DNA of 38,435 nt from a virus (IMGVR_UViG_3300037782_000050:1-38435), one strand, 5' to 3'. Positions 27,076 through 36,231 are shown, counted from the first letter of the stretch. Notes: generated by a model from the sequence alone, not told the origin. Numbers and translations are program-made.

Positions 27076-27437
27076 GGCGCCTCGCAGCCATCGCAGCCGT
27101 CGCCATCCTCGCCGGCGCCTGCACCGAACTCGACGAACCCGCAGCCCGCCCCGCCGCGACGTTCACCGAACCCGCTGGCTCGGTCGACGACATCAACGTC
27201 GAGATCTACCGGTCCCTGATCGACGGCTCCGACGCCATCAGCGACGCCGACATCGTCGACTTCGGTGAGAACGTCTGCTCCCTCGCCCGTGGCGCCGACT
27301 CCGGTGTCGAGTTCCTCGCCCTGATGGTCGAAGCGAACGCCGGGACCGGGCTGTCCGATCACGACGCCGGCGAGATGATCGGCGCAGCGCTCGGACTGTG
27401 GTGCCCCGACCAGGCCGAACGACTGGGGCTGTTCTGA
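27072..27437 (+). CDS. Lipoprotein, DUF732-like
   Basis: Lipobox LAGA-C; DADIVDFGENVC..IGAALGLWCPD pattern. Confidence 0.75.
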   Translation: MRRLAAIAAVAILAGACTELDEPAARPAATFTEPAGSVDDINVEIYRSLIDGSDAISDADIVDFGENVCSLARGADSGVEFLALMVEANAGTGLSDHDAGEMIGAALGLWCPDQAERLGLF

Positions 27438-27859
27438 TGACCGACTGGCCGACCTCCGACGAGGTCATCGACGCGTGGGCCGGGACCGGCGCACCCCACG
27501 AACCGTCCCCGACCGTGCATCCGTCGATGATGCGACCCGTCTGGGACGCCCACCAGGGCCGCGACGGCCGGTGGACGTTCACCAGAGACGGTCGGGTCGT
27601 GTGGCGTGACATCACCGGCCACCCGGACGCTGCGGCGATGCTCCTCGCAGAGATGCGCCGCCAGGATCTCCCGCCTGGTGCATGGCGGGAGACGACGGGG
27701 GTCGAGCGGCCTGTCCGCCGGGCCGCTCCCCCCGTCGATCATCGATGGGTTGAAGCCATGGCGTGGACGCTGATCGGCGGATACCTGTGCGTCGTCGGCG
27801 CCGTGTTCGTCATCGGGCTCCACCAAGCGTTCGAGCTTGTCGTGGCCGGGCGGCTCTGA
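27437..27859 (+). CDS. Hypothetical protein with C-terminal TM helix
   Basis: TGATG coupling; WTLIGGYLCVVGAVFVIGL. Confidence 0.55.
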   Translation: MTDWPTSDEVIDAWAGTGAPHEPSPTVHPSMMRPVWDAHQGRDGRWTFTRDGRVVWRDITGHPDAAAMLLAEMRRQDLPPGAWRETTGVERPVRRAAPPVDHRWVEAMAWTLIGGYLCVVGAVFVIGLHQAFELVVAGRL

Positions 27860-28188
27860 TGACCGCCCCGCACTACCGAGGCGACAGGGTCATCACCGAC
27901 CACGCGCCGCCGTGGATTCTGCCCGAGTGGACCGAGTCCCCGCAGTGGCCGTACGGCCACCCGAACCCCGAGGCCACGACCCGGACGGTGCGCCGGTACC
28001 CGCGCCCGGCCGAACCGGCCCGGTGGATGATCCGCGAGACCGGCGGTCGAGGCAACTGGGTGACCTGGTTCGACGTCGACGACCGCAACCGGACGTGCCG
28101 CACGCCGATCACGTTCCACCGTCAGACCCGGACCGTGACGGAGTGGGTCGACGTGGAGGCCACCCTCCCGATGGAGGCGTCCCGATGA
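27859..28188 (+). CDS. Hypothetical protein
   Basis: TGATG coupling; Trp-rich 109 aa. Confidence 0.55.
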   Translation: MTAPHYRGDRVITDHAPPWILPEWTESPQWPYGHPNPEATTRTVRRYPRPAEPARWMIRETGGRGNWVTWFDVDDRNRTCRTPITFHRQTRTVTEWVDVEATLPMEASR

Positions 28189-29225
28189 GCACCTACGAAG
28201 CGGCGCGTCTCGTTGGCCGCCGACCTGACCCGGACACGTGGCGCACGAACCCGGCGATGCGCCGCACCTTCATCGGCGGTTCCGACGCCGCCGCTGTGCT
28301 CGGCATCGACCCATACCGGTCCCCCGTGGCGCTGTGGCTCGAGAAGACCGGCCAGGAGCACGGGTTCGGCGGGAACGAAGCCACCGAGTGGGGTCACCGC
28401 CTCGAACCGGTCGTGGCCGACTGGCTGGCCGACGCACGCCCCAACTGGACGATCATCGATCCGGGGGAGCGCACCTGGCGGCACCCGTGGCGCCACTACA
28501 TGGCGTGCACCCCGGACCGGATCGCCGACGACCCGACCCGCAACGGGTTCGGTGTCGTGCAGATCAAGACCAGCGGGTGGCGTTCTGCCTCCGAGTGGGA
28601 AGCGGGCGACGCCCCGGATCAGCATCGGGTGCAGCTCGCTCACGAGATGGAGGTCCTCGGCGCGTCGTGGGGCGTGCTCGTGTGCCTCGTCGACGGCCGC
28701 CAGCCGCACATCGTCCACCAGGACCCCGACCCTGCCATCACCGACGTGCTCATCACGGCAGAGGCCCGGTTCTGGAAATCCATCGACGGCGACATGCCGC
28801 CACTTGCCGGGCATCTCGACGAGGCCTCCGACCTCGCCGCCGTGTGGCATCCGAACCCGGACGCCACGGTCGAGCTCGACGCCGAAGCCGCCGACGCCCT
28901 CGCCGAACTCCACGAAGTCCGCGCCCAAGCGAAGACCCTGGAGGCTGCCGAGAAGCGCCTCCGAGCCGTCATCGAGGCCGCCATGGGCGAGGCCACGGTC
29001 GCGACGGTCGACGGCGTCAAGGCCGTGACCTGGTCGGCCCGCACCGAAGTCGACATCGACCTCCTAGCCGCCGACCACCCCGACGTCGTGCACGCCTGCC
29101 AGGTCCCGACGTTCTCCGCGACAGCGCTCCGCCAGCGCTTCCCCGTCCTGGCGAAGGACGACACCTACCGGCGCACCGCCGGCCGCACGTTCAAGCCCCT
29201 GCCACCGAAAGACACCCCGACATGA
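28185..29225 (+). CDS. YqaJ-like (lambda-exo family) recombination exonuclease
   Basis: RRTFIGGSDAAAVLG..SPVALWLEKTG, WGHRLEP, ACTPDR, QIKT, VQLAHEM. Confidence 0.92.
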   Translation: MSTYEAARLVGRRPDPDTWRTNPAMRRTFIGGSDAAAVLGIDPYRSPVALWLEKTGQEHGFGGNEATEWGHRLEPVVADWLADARPNWTIIDPGERTWRHPWRHYMACTPDRIADDPTRNGFGVVQIKTSGWRSASEWEAGDAPDQHRVQLAHEMEVLGASWGVLVCLVDGRQPHIVHQDPDPAITDVLITAEARFWKSIDGDMPPLAGHLDEASDLAAVWHPNPDATVELDAEAADALAELHEVRAQAKTLEAAEKRLRAVIEAAMGEATVATVDGVKAVTWSARTEVDIDLLAADHPDVVHACQVPTFSATALRQRFPVLAKDDTYRRTAGRTFKPLPPKDTPT

Positions 29226-30460
29226 GCCTCGACCGCGTGAAGGAACGCATCGCCCCTGCCGCCGAACCGCAGGCCCCCACGCTCTACGAACAGGTCGAAA
29301 GCCTCGCCGAAGAAGTCGCCCGCGCCCTCCCCGGCACGATCGACGCCGAACGCTTCGTCCGCAACACCCTCACCGTGCTGCGCCAGACCCCGAAGCTCGC
29401 CCAATGCACCTGGCCATCGATCGCCGGCGCCCTCATGACCGCCGCCCAGGTCGGCCTCGAACCGGGCCCGCTCGGCCACTGCTGGCTCATCCCCCGATGG
29501 AACCGCACAGTCGGGGCGAACGAGGCCACGTTCCAGCTCGGCTGGACCGGCATTCTCGAGCTCGCCCGCCGGTCGGGACGTATCGGCACCGTGGACGGCG
29601 GATGGTTCTTCGACGGTGAGCTGATCGAGGAACGGTACGGGTCGTCGTCGGAGCTGATCATCCGGCCCCGCCGCCCACGCCCGACCGGTGAGCCGGTCGG
29701 CTACTGGGTCGCGGTCGAGATGCTCGACGGGGCCCGCCCCATGTTCAAGCTGATGGACCGCGCCGAGATTGTCGCTCACGCCGACCGGCACGCCCCGAAG
29801 GACCGCAACGGCAACCTGACCGGCGCCTGGGGCTCGGACTTCGACACGATGGCCGTGATCAGCGTGTTCCGGTCGATGCGGAACTGGCTCCCGTTGTCGC
29901 CGGAGATGTCGACCGCGCTGGCCGATGACCCGGCGCCTGTTCTCTCACCGGCGCCGTCCCCCACACGGACCGGTGAGATCCCCGTCCTCGACGGCCAGGG
30001 TTTGCCCGCCCGGGCCTCGGTCGTCGAGGGCGGGCCCTTCCCTGACGGTGAGCCGTTCGGGCTCGACGTCGACGAGAGCGCCCAGGACCCTCCTGGCGCA
30101 CCGGGAACGGTCCCGGCCGACCACGAGCAGCCGAACGGCGACTTCGAGGTCGGGCAGACAGATGAGGAGGCTGAGGCTGCAGGAAGCGGGGCCGTCGATC
30201 CGGGTCATCAGCCGGACGTGTTGTCAGCCGACGGCCCCGCTGCGCCTCCTCCGCCCGATCCCGACGTCGACCGTCCGCCCCTGCGGGAGATCAACCGATG
30301 GGCCTCCAAGCACGTCGCCGACTGGTCCGGGAAGCTCCGCTCGGCCGACGCAGCGTGCCGCCACCTCGCCGACGTGTTCGGCGTCGCACCGACCGACGTC
30401 TGGGAGCTCGTCACCACCGACACCCCGCCACCACCCATGCCCCAGGAGGCACAGCCGTGA
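29222..30460 (+). CDS. recT: RecT-family single-strand annealing protein with long acidic/Pro-rich tail
   Basis: PKLAQC..SIAGALMTAAQVGLEPGPLGHCWLIP..FQLGWTGILELARRSG..WGSDFDTMA. Confidence 0.92.
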   Translation: MSLDRVKERIAPAAEPQAPTLYEQVESLAEEVARALPGTIDAERFVRNTLTVLRQTPKLAQCTWPSIAGALMTAAQVGLEPGPLGHCWLIPRWNRTVGANEATFQLGWTGILELARRSGRIGTVDGGWFFDGELIEERYGSSSELIIRPRRPRPTGEPVGYWVAVEMLDGARPMFKLMDRAEIVAHADRHAPKDRNGNLTGAWGSDFDTMAVISVFRSMRNWLPLSPEMSTALADDPAPVLSPAPSPTRTGEIPVLDGQGLPARASVVEGGPFPDGEPFGLDVDESAQDPPGAPGTVPADHEQPNGDFEVGQTDEEAEAAGSGAVDPGHQPDVLSADGPAAPPPPDPDVDRPPLREINRWASKHVADWSGKLRSADAACRHLADVFGVAPTDVWELVTTDTPPPPMPQEAQP

Positions 30461-31185
30461 AGCACGAGACCGGCCTCCTGGCCGTCACCACCGCCACAGC
30501 GTTCGCCGCGGCGTGGCGCGCAGCGATCGTCGCCGCATCCAACGACGACGAACGCCCGGTCCTCTACCGCACCGTCCTCGTCGAGACCTACGAGGGCGGC
30601 GGCGCCCGATTCACGTCCCTCGACACGTTCGTGATCTCGTCGGTTGCGATCACCGGCGACAGCGCATCCGACCCGTTCCCCACCCTCGACGAAGCCCCCG
30701 TCGCCTCGGTGCTCGTCGCCGACCCCGACCACCGAGGCAAAGGCCTCGCCGCCTACGCAGCGAAGGTCGCGTCCCGAGCGAACAAGGCTGATCAGCCCGA
30801 ACCCAGGGTCACGTTCACCGTGCGCGACGCCGAAGACCACGACCACCCCGTGCTGTCGGACGACTTCGCCACCCAGGAGGTGGTCATCGACCTCGAGGAC
30901 TCCGAATCGGTCGCTCTGCCGCTCCTCGAGATTCCGTTCCCTACGTACAGGTCGATCCTCGCCCAGGGACAGGCCCCGGTCGACGGATGGAGAGTCACGG
31001 CCGCGGTGCTCGACAAGGTCGCAGCGATCGCCGGCTACTGCGGCGGGATCGCAAGCCATGAACCCGCTGGCCGGCTGATGCGGTTCCACTGCGACGGGTG
31101 GGGCTTCGACGCCGAACCGGTCGTCCATTGCGATGGGGCGTACACGACGTTCGGTGTCGGCGACGAGAACGAGGTGTCCCGATGA
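30457..31185 (+). CDS. DNA polymerase III beta-clamp-like protein (partial domain set)
   Basis: AASNDDERPVL and FPTYRSIL resemble the DnaN motifs AxSxDExRPxL and FPxYxxxI; 242 aa. Confidence 0.55.
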   Translation: MKHETGLLAVTTATAFAAAWRAAIVAASNDDERPVLYRTVLVETYEGGGARFTSLDTFVISSVAITGDSASDPFPTLDEAPVASVLVADPDHRGKGLAAYAAKVASRANKADQPEPRVTFTVRDAEDHDHPVLSDDFATQEVVIDLEDSESVALPLLEIPFPTYRSILAQGQAPVDGWRVTAAVLDKVAAIAGYCGGIASHEPAGRLMRFHCDGWGFDAEPVVHCDGAYTTFGVGDENEVSR

Positions 31186-31418
31186 CCGAGAGAACCTACT
31201 TCGAGGCCGGGTCCGAAGTCTTCGTCGCCTGCCTGATGCCGTACGAGGACGGCTCGGGAACACCGATCGTGCTCGGCGTCTACAGCACCGACGTGGGAGC
31301 GCAGGCACGGTGCTGGAGGGCACGGGCCCGCCTCGGGTATGACCAGCCGACTGCCGTCACGGTCCACCGGCTCGACGACGAGCCGTCCAACGAAGACGAG
31401 CCGGAGCTGAACGCATGA
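31182..31418 (+). CDS. Hypothetical protein
   Basis: SD gagg, ATGA overlap; IVLGVYST motif. Confidence 0.6.
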   Translation: MTERTYFEAGSEVFVACLMPYEDGSGTPIVLGVYSTDVGAQARCWRARARLGYDQPTAVTVHRLDDEPSNEDEPELNA

Positions 31419-31939
31419 CTGAGCAGCTCATGTTCCCGGACGCTCCGCCGCACACGAAGGCCCGGGCCGCTCAGCCGGAGACGTCGCACGCCCAGGCCGC
31501 CCGCAGCCGTGGCGGGCTCCGCCAGGTCGTCGCCGACCTCCTCCGAGACGCCGCGCCGGGCGGGCTCACCGACGACGACCTCTTCCACCTCCAGACCCGC
31601 ACCCGACACCGGCACTCGGTCGCGACGAGGCGCGGCGAGCTCGTCGAGCTCGGCCATGTCGCCGACTCCGGGCGGCGGCGCACGAACAGGGACGGGAATG
31701 CCTGCGTCGTGTGGGTCTGGGTCTCGGATGTTCCGCGGGCGGAGGCACCTGCGGGCCCCGGCACCGACGCGGCCGATGTCGCGTCGGTGCCGGACACCAC
31801 GCCGTTTCTGCACCGCCACGCCCACTACTGCCGCACGTGCGGCATGTCGGTCGGGCATTGGGCTGGCTGCCCGGAGGACGCGTCGAAGTGGGTCGGCGAG
31901 ATGCGCCTCCACGCCCTACACGCGGGCTGGGTCTCGTGA
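31415..31939 (+). CDS. Winged-helix DNA-binding protein with C-terminal Cys/His motif
   Basis: ARAAQPETSH..GLTDDDL..SVATRRGELVELGHVADSG..VVW; CRTC..H..C. Confidence 0.65.
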   Translation: MTEQLMFPDAPPHTKARAAQPETSHAQAARSRGGLRQVVADLLRDAAPGGLTDDDLFHLQTRTRHRHSVATRRGELVELGHVADSGRRRTNRDGNACVVWVWVSDVPRAEAPAGPGTDAADVASVPDTTPFLHRHAHYCRTCGMSVGHWAGCPEDASKWVGEMRLHALHAGWVS

Positions 31940-32280
31940 GGCGGTCTCCGATGAAGCGGTCCGACCCGGCGAAGATCCGGGCGTGGCAGGCGAAGTCGCG
32001 GCGCAACGCCGCCAGACGCCGCCTCCGGACATCTGAGGAGCGAGAGGTGTGGCAGGGCGTGCTCGACGGCATCGCCGTCCGTGCCCGAGGCCACTGCGAG
32101 ATCGGCGGCCCGACCTGCACCGGGCGCGGCACCGAAGGTCATCACCGGCTCCCGCAGTCGAAGGGCGGCCGAGACGTCCCATCGAACTCGATCTGGACGT
32201 GTGCGAACTGCCATCAGCACATCCACCGGAACCCTCGGTGGGCGACCGAGCACGGGTTCCTCGAAGGCGTCGTCCGATGA
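31936..32280 (+). CDS. HNH endonuclease
   Basis: CEI..C..HHRLPQSKGG..N..CANCHQHIH. Confidence 0.88.
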   Translation: MRRSPMKRSDPAKIRAWQAKSRRNAARRRLRTSEEREVWQGVLDGIAVRARGHCEIGGPTCTGRGTEGHHRLPQSKGGRDVPSNSIWTCANCHQHIHRNPRWATEHGFLEGVVR

Positions 32281-32609
32281 CCGAGAAGGAACTCCAGGAG
32301 TGCGTGATCGACGCCGCCCGTATCGGCGGGTGGCGCTGCGCTCACTTCAGGGCGGCGCTGAACGCCCGCGGCCACTACATGACGCCCGTCGCAGCCGACG
32401 GGAAGGGCTGGCCCGATCTCGTGCTCGTCCGTGACCGGGTCATCTTCGCCGAGCTGAAGTCCGACCATGGACGCGTGTCGGTCGATCAGGCGGAGTGGCT
32501 GCGTGTCCTGACGGGCGCCGGCTGCGACGCCCGCGTGATCCGCCCGGGCGACCTCGACGGCTTCGTCGCCGAGCTGCTCGCCCGACCGAGGAAGGGAGCG
32601 CAACCATGA
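32277..32609 (+). CDS. VRR-NUC domain nuclease (Holliday junction resolvase-like)
   Basis: TEKELQ..GWPDLVLV..FAELKS..Q..WL. Confidence 0.88.
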   Translation: MTEKELQECVIDAARIGGWRCAHFRAALNARGHYMTPVAADGKGWPDLVLVRDRVIFAELKSDHGRVSVDQAEWLRVLTGAGCDARVIRPGDLDGFVAELLARPRKGAQP

Positions 32610-33202
32610 GCCTTCGCATGCTGACCTGGGCGTGGGATCAGGCGCCCGTCGACAACCCGTCCGACCTGCTCGTGCTGCTCGCCCTGGCCGACGAGGCCAA
32701 CGAGCTCGGCGGCGACTGCTTCCCGTCGCTTCGACGCGTGGCGAAGCGTGCTCGTCTGTCGGTCGGGGCCGTGCACAAGGCCATCGCCCGCCTCGAGGCC
32801 GACGGCCTGATCGAGGTGAAGCGCCCTGCGAAGCCGGCGCCGGGCCAGGCCAACCACTACCAGATCCTCACCGACGGTCGCCGCAACCGTTCACCCCAGA
32901 GTGAACAGCTCGGCCACGCTGAGCAGCCAGAGACCGTTCACCTCGTGAACGGTCAGCCCGAGAACTGTTCACGACCGTTCACTCCAGAGCGAACAGAACT
33001 GTTCACGACTGTTCACCCTGGAGTGAACGTACCCACTAACCCGTCTACTGACCCAGGCGCCGCAGCGCCGAAATCGAGCTTCCTGCCCGGCTCCGGCAAC
33101 GTCACACCGATCGACCGCAGCCAGCGGCCACCAGACCGGGACCCCGACACCCCGACCCGCATCGCCGACGCCCGAGCCCGGCTCCGAGGTGCCCTCGGAT
33201 GA
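32606..33202 (+). CDS. Replication initiator (N-terminal winged HTH, lambda O-like organisation)
   Basis: WAW..LVLLALADEAN..CFPSLRRVAKRARLS..AIARLEADGLI; internal iteron array. Confidence 0.8.
   Translation: MSLRMLTWAWDQAPVDNPSDLLVLLALADEANELGGDCFPSLRRVAKRARLSVGAVHKAIARLEADGLIEVKRPAKPAPGQANHYQILTDGRRNRSPQSEQLGHAEQPETVHLVNGQPENCSRPFTPERTELFTTVHPGVNVPTNPSTDPGAAAPKSSFLPGSGNVTPIDRSQRPPDRDPDTPTRIADARARLRGALG
32886..33028. repeat. Iteron array / probable replication origin
   Basis: Ten GTTCAC/GTGAAC half-sites (one is GCGAAC), three GTTCAC-N6-G(T/C)GAAC palindromes, imperfect 34-bp tandem repeat 32961-32994/32995-33028. Confidence 0.8.
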
Positions 33203-33498
33203 CCGCCGTGCTCGACGCCCTCGACGCCATCCCGGCCGCCTCATGGCAACGGCTCAATGCGCTGGGAAGCGTGACGCCCTGCAGCGTCTGCGACGAGCTC
33301 TCGCTCGATGGCATCCACCCGAACTGCGCCGAACCATCCACGTGGCCGGCCAAGCTCCTCGACCCGTCGCCAGCCGAGCGGCTGATGCATCGCCGCTGCT
33401 TGACCTGTCACGGCAAGGGCTGGGTCGCACCGAACGACACCAGACCCGCCTGCCCCGACTGCAAGGGCACAGGAACGCTCCCATGGAGGACCCGATGA
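33199..33498 (+). CDS. Small protein with DnaJ-type CxxCxGxG zinc ribbon
   Basis: CLTCHGKG and CPDCKGTG, plus CSVC..H..C. Confidence 0.65.
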   Translation: MTAVLDALDAIPAASWQRLNALGSVTPCSVCDELSLDGIHPNCAEPSTWPAKLLDPSPAERLMHRRCLTCHGKGWVAPNDTRPACPDCKGTGTLPWRTR

Positions 33499-33707
33499 GC
33501 CGCCTCGTCGACGTCGCCATCTCAAAGACCTGCGACGGCTGGCGCCTCGACGTGTACCAGGCCGGCACGCGTGAGGCACTCGGCCAGCCCGCGATCGACG
33601 CCGTCCACGAACGATTCCCGACCGCACGACAGGCGATGTTCTGCGCCGTTGCGCGCTGGGGTCACCGCCTCGCGACCCTCCACGGCCCGACCAGGAGCAG
33701 ACCATGA
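33495..33707 (+). CDS. Hypothetical protein
   Basis: SD ggagga, ATGA overlaps; 70 aa. Confidence 0.55.
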   Translation: MSRLVDVAISKTCDGWRLDVYQAGTREALGQPAIDAVHERFPTARQAMFCAVARWGHRLATLHGPTRSRP

Positions 33708-34324
33708 CCCGCACACCGACCGCCTACGTCGACGACGCCGTCCACGCCCTACGCCAGGCACGCACGTACCTCGCCGACGAGCTGACCCGCATCGACGGCG
33801 CCCTCGCAGCGCTCGACCTCGAACGCAGCACGGTCGAGGTCACGATCGAGGCCGACACCGAACCGGCGACCGATGCGCTCGCCCAGGCCGCCGAGACCGT
33901 GAAGCGCCGGCAGGCCACCAAGACGTACCCGTGCACCCATCCAGGCTGCGACTTCGTGGCGAAGTCACCCGGCGGGCTCGGCGGCCACATGAGCCGGCAC
34001 CGCCGCGACGCAGCAGAGGATGCCCGACGCGCCGCCAGCGGCCAGCCGGCGAAGCCGGAGGGGAAGCACCTGGCCGGCTCGCACCGGTGCGACGAATGCG
34101 GCTTCGTCGCCGCGACCCGGCAAGGCCTCTCCACACATCGCACCCGACGCCACACGGCCCTGGGCTCGTCCCAGACGGTCCTCGACGATCACGACGGCCA
34201 CACCATCGACGTCGGCCCCGTCACCGTGCTCGAGCCCGACGACCGGCATCTCTGCGACCAGTGCGACGAGACCTTCCGGCTCCGCTCCGACCTCGCCCGA
34301 CACCGCCTCGCCGCCCACGCATGA
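33704..34324 (+). CDS. Protein with three C2H2 zinc fingers and N-terminal coiled coil
   Basis: YPCTHPGCDF..LGGHMSRH; HRCDECGF..LSTHRTRRH; HLCDQCDETF..LARHRLAAH. Confidence 0.8.
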   Translation: MTRTPTAYVDDAVHALRQARTYLADELTRIDGALAALDLERSTVEVTIEADTEPATDALAQAAETVKRRQATKTYPCTHPGCDFVAKSPGGLGGHMSRHRRDAAEDARRAASGQPAKPEGKHLAGSHRCDECGFVAATRQGLSTHRTRRHTALGSSQTVLDDHDGHTIDVGPVTVLEPDDRHLCDQCDETFRLRSDLARHRLAAHA

Positions 34325-34527
34325 CGACCCTCGCAGCCGTCGCGGTCGGCGCATGGTGGGCGCTCGGCGCCGCAGCCACCGCCCGCTACGCCTACCGCAC
34401 CATCGACAACCTCACCCCACGGCCACCCGCCTGGGTCCACCACGCCGTCGCCATTTCCACTGCCATCACCTGGCCGATCAGCATCCCGCTCGCGCTCACC
34501 ACTGCCCCACAGGAGACCCGCCGATGA
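34321..34527 (+). CDS. Small membrane protein
   Basis: Two hydrophobic segments; ATGA overlaps. Confidence 0.55.
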   Translation: MTTLAAVAVGAWWALGAAATARYAYRTIDNLTPRPPAWVHHAVAISTAITWPISIPLALTTAPQETRR

Positions 34528-35135
34528 AACCCCGCACCGACCGCTCCGGCCCCCTCACCCCCGACGAGCTCGCCGAACTGCTCGCCCTGGTCGTCCACTT
34601 CGCCCGCCTCGCCACCACCCCCACCCACGTCTCCGGCGTCAAGGTCCACGCCGCCGAAGCCACCCGCATCCACGCATCCGACTGGTCCACCGGCATCTCA
34701 GCGTCACGCACCGACCGCGACGGCGGCCACTCACCCGGCGCCGTGTCCCGCCCCACCGAAGCCCACGCAGCGGCCACCAGCAACGACCCGGCCGCATGGT
34801 GGAACCTCGAGCTCGCCACCGCATGGCGCGCCCTCGGCGACCGCCTCGACCAGCTCATCACCCTGACCAAGACCATCGACGAGAAGACCAAGGTCGACCC
34901 GAACGCCCGCCCTGCACGCGCCGGCGCCGGCCTCTGCCGCGCTTGCGACCACAACGCCACCGGCGTCGGCGACGATCGCCTCCGCTCCGGGCTCTGCGAC
35001 CCGTGCCGCCAACGCTTCCGACGCTCTGGCTCCGACGACCTCCCGACCTGGGTCAGGCAACGCCGCACCGACCTCGACCTCACACGTCTGCACCCCGACC
35101 GAGAGCTCGACTACGTCCGCGACGGCCAGCGCTGA
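34524..35135 (+). CDS. Putative zinc-binding transcription regulator at end of early operon
   Basis: SD aggag; CRAC..DRLRSGLCDPC; position typical of late-gene activators. Confidence 0.55.
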   Translation: MKPRTDRSGPLTPDELAELLALVVHFARLATTPTHVSGVKVHAAEATRIHASDWSTGISASRTDRDGGHSPGAVSRPTEAHAAATSNDPAAWWNLELATAWRALGDRLDQLITLTKTIDEKTKVDPNARPARAGAGLCRACDHNATGVGDDRLRSGLCDPCRQRFRRSGSDDLPTWVRQRRTDLDLTRLHPDRELDYVRDGQR

Positions 35136-35227
35136 TGCTTTCGGCCAATGCGTCGGACCCACTACGATTGGATGACGCCTGAGAGGTTGCGGCCGATGGG
35201 CAGCGAGACCTCGTCGACGAGGCTTGA

Positions 35228-35977
35228 TTGAGCATGAACCCAGACCCGCGTCAGGTAGATGAACTCCTGCGGCGCGCGGCCGAGCAAGCCGTCGCTCGCT
35301 CAGTAGCCGCACCGATGGTCGCAACCGTCGTTGGCGCACTGCCATCCCACAGGTGGTCGCTGTCTGCCATGGAAGAGGCCCTGGATAGCGCAACGCAGAC
35401 CCGAGCATGCCGGGACGAGATTCTGGCGTGGTCGTGTCATCTGAAGGTGCAGGTCGTGATGCTCGAGTGCGAGCTCTTCGCCGCTGGCGATCGCATCATG
35501 CTTCATCGTGCAGCGAATCTTGACTCTGCCGCGCCCGACTGGTGCTCGCTCGATGCGCTCCGGAACCATCAGTCAGTTCTTGTGGGCCTAGCCGTCGCCT
35601 GGGAGCGACTAGCAGGCATCGTCTATATGGCCGGGACAGACGAACCGCCTCCCCACATCAGCCGGACGCGTGATCAGAAGATCAGGCAGATCTCAAGCCA
35701 GCCAGGATGGAGGTGGCTGGAGCCGTACGTGCCCATGGTCGCCGAGTTCAGCAACCTTCGTCGCAACCCGGAAATGCACGCACGGTCCCCCTTGATCGAT
35801 AGCTGGCTTGAGACTGGGCATACGGACCAGCTCGCAGACGTGGGAGTGCTCGGCCCTTTCCTCAACGAAGTCTGGGGCAACCTGGTCCGCTCCATCGCTG
35901 GCGAACCACACCGGACACTGTCGCACCACCACCTGGATGGCGACGAGATCGCTGAGCGATACCGAGACGAGCTGTAG
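35228..35977 (+). CDS. Lower-GC moron: putative HEPN-domain RNase (Cthe_2314-like), candidate defence/abortive-infection gene
   Basis: Helical protein with RNPEMH (Rx4H) at 35762-35779 and AWERLAGIVY; many A/T-ending codons; start TTG 35228 or ATG 35234. Confidence 0.55.
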   Translation: MSMNPDPRQVDELLRRAAEQAVARSVAAPMVATVVGALPSHRWSLSAMEEALDSATQTRACRDEILAWSCHLKVQVVMLECELFAAGDRIMLHRAANLDSAAPDWCSLDALRNHQSVLVGLAVAWERLAGIVYMAGTDEPPPHISRTRDQKIRQISSQPGWRWLEPYVPMVAEFSNLRRNPEMHARSPLIDSWLETGHTDQLADVGVLGPFLNEVWGNLVRSIAGEPHRTLSHHHLDGDEIAERYRDEL

Positions 35978-36084
35978 CTCCAACGACGCACACAGCGCTT
36001 GAGGCGAGGATGGTTCAGCCCACTTTGCGCTGTCCTCTGGGGACGCGAATTACCGCAGGTCAGAACGCACCTACCCCACGATGC

Positions 36085-36114
36085 TTGACCTGATGTCCCC
36101 AATCATGGGAGACT
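36085..36114 (+). promoter_or_regulatory. Putative late promoter
   Basis: TTGACC-N18-GAGACT with internal tccc/ggga dyad, upstream of structured leader. Confidence 0.4.
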
Positions 36115-36122
36115 TCTGGATA

Positions 36123-36231
36123 TCGATGCCGCTGGTGCGTCCCTTCCGCCGAGGGACCCGGCGGCATCGACGCGTCTTGGCTCGGTGACCTGATCGCCTC
36201 GAGCCGGCGCGACTGACCGCAACACAGCGGA
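36123..36231 (+). ncRNA. Putative structured RNA leader (three tandem stem-loops)
   Basis: tcgatgccgctgg/ccggcggcatcga with inner gtccct/agggac; ggctcg/cgagcc; ccgc/gcgg. Confidence 0.35.

Noticed and set aside
24180-28188. Shared C-terminal EAS/VAS/AAS endings as degrons on early proteins
   Set aside because: Explained by overlapping SD plus GTGA/ATGA start (gaggcgtcgtga) of the next gene
32886-33028. CRISPR-like mini array
   Set aside because: Repeats are 6-bp half-sites without unique spacers and lie within the initiator ORF; iterons fit better
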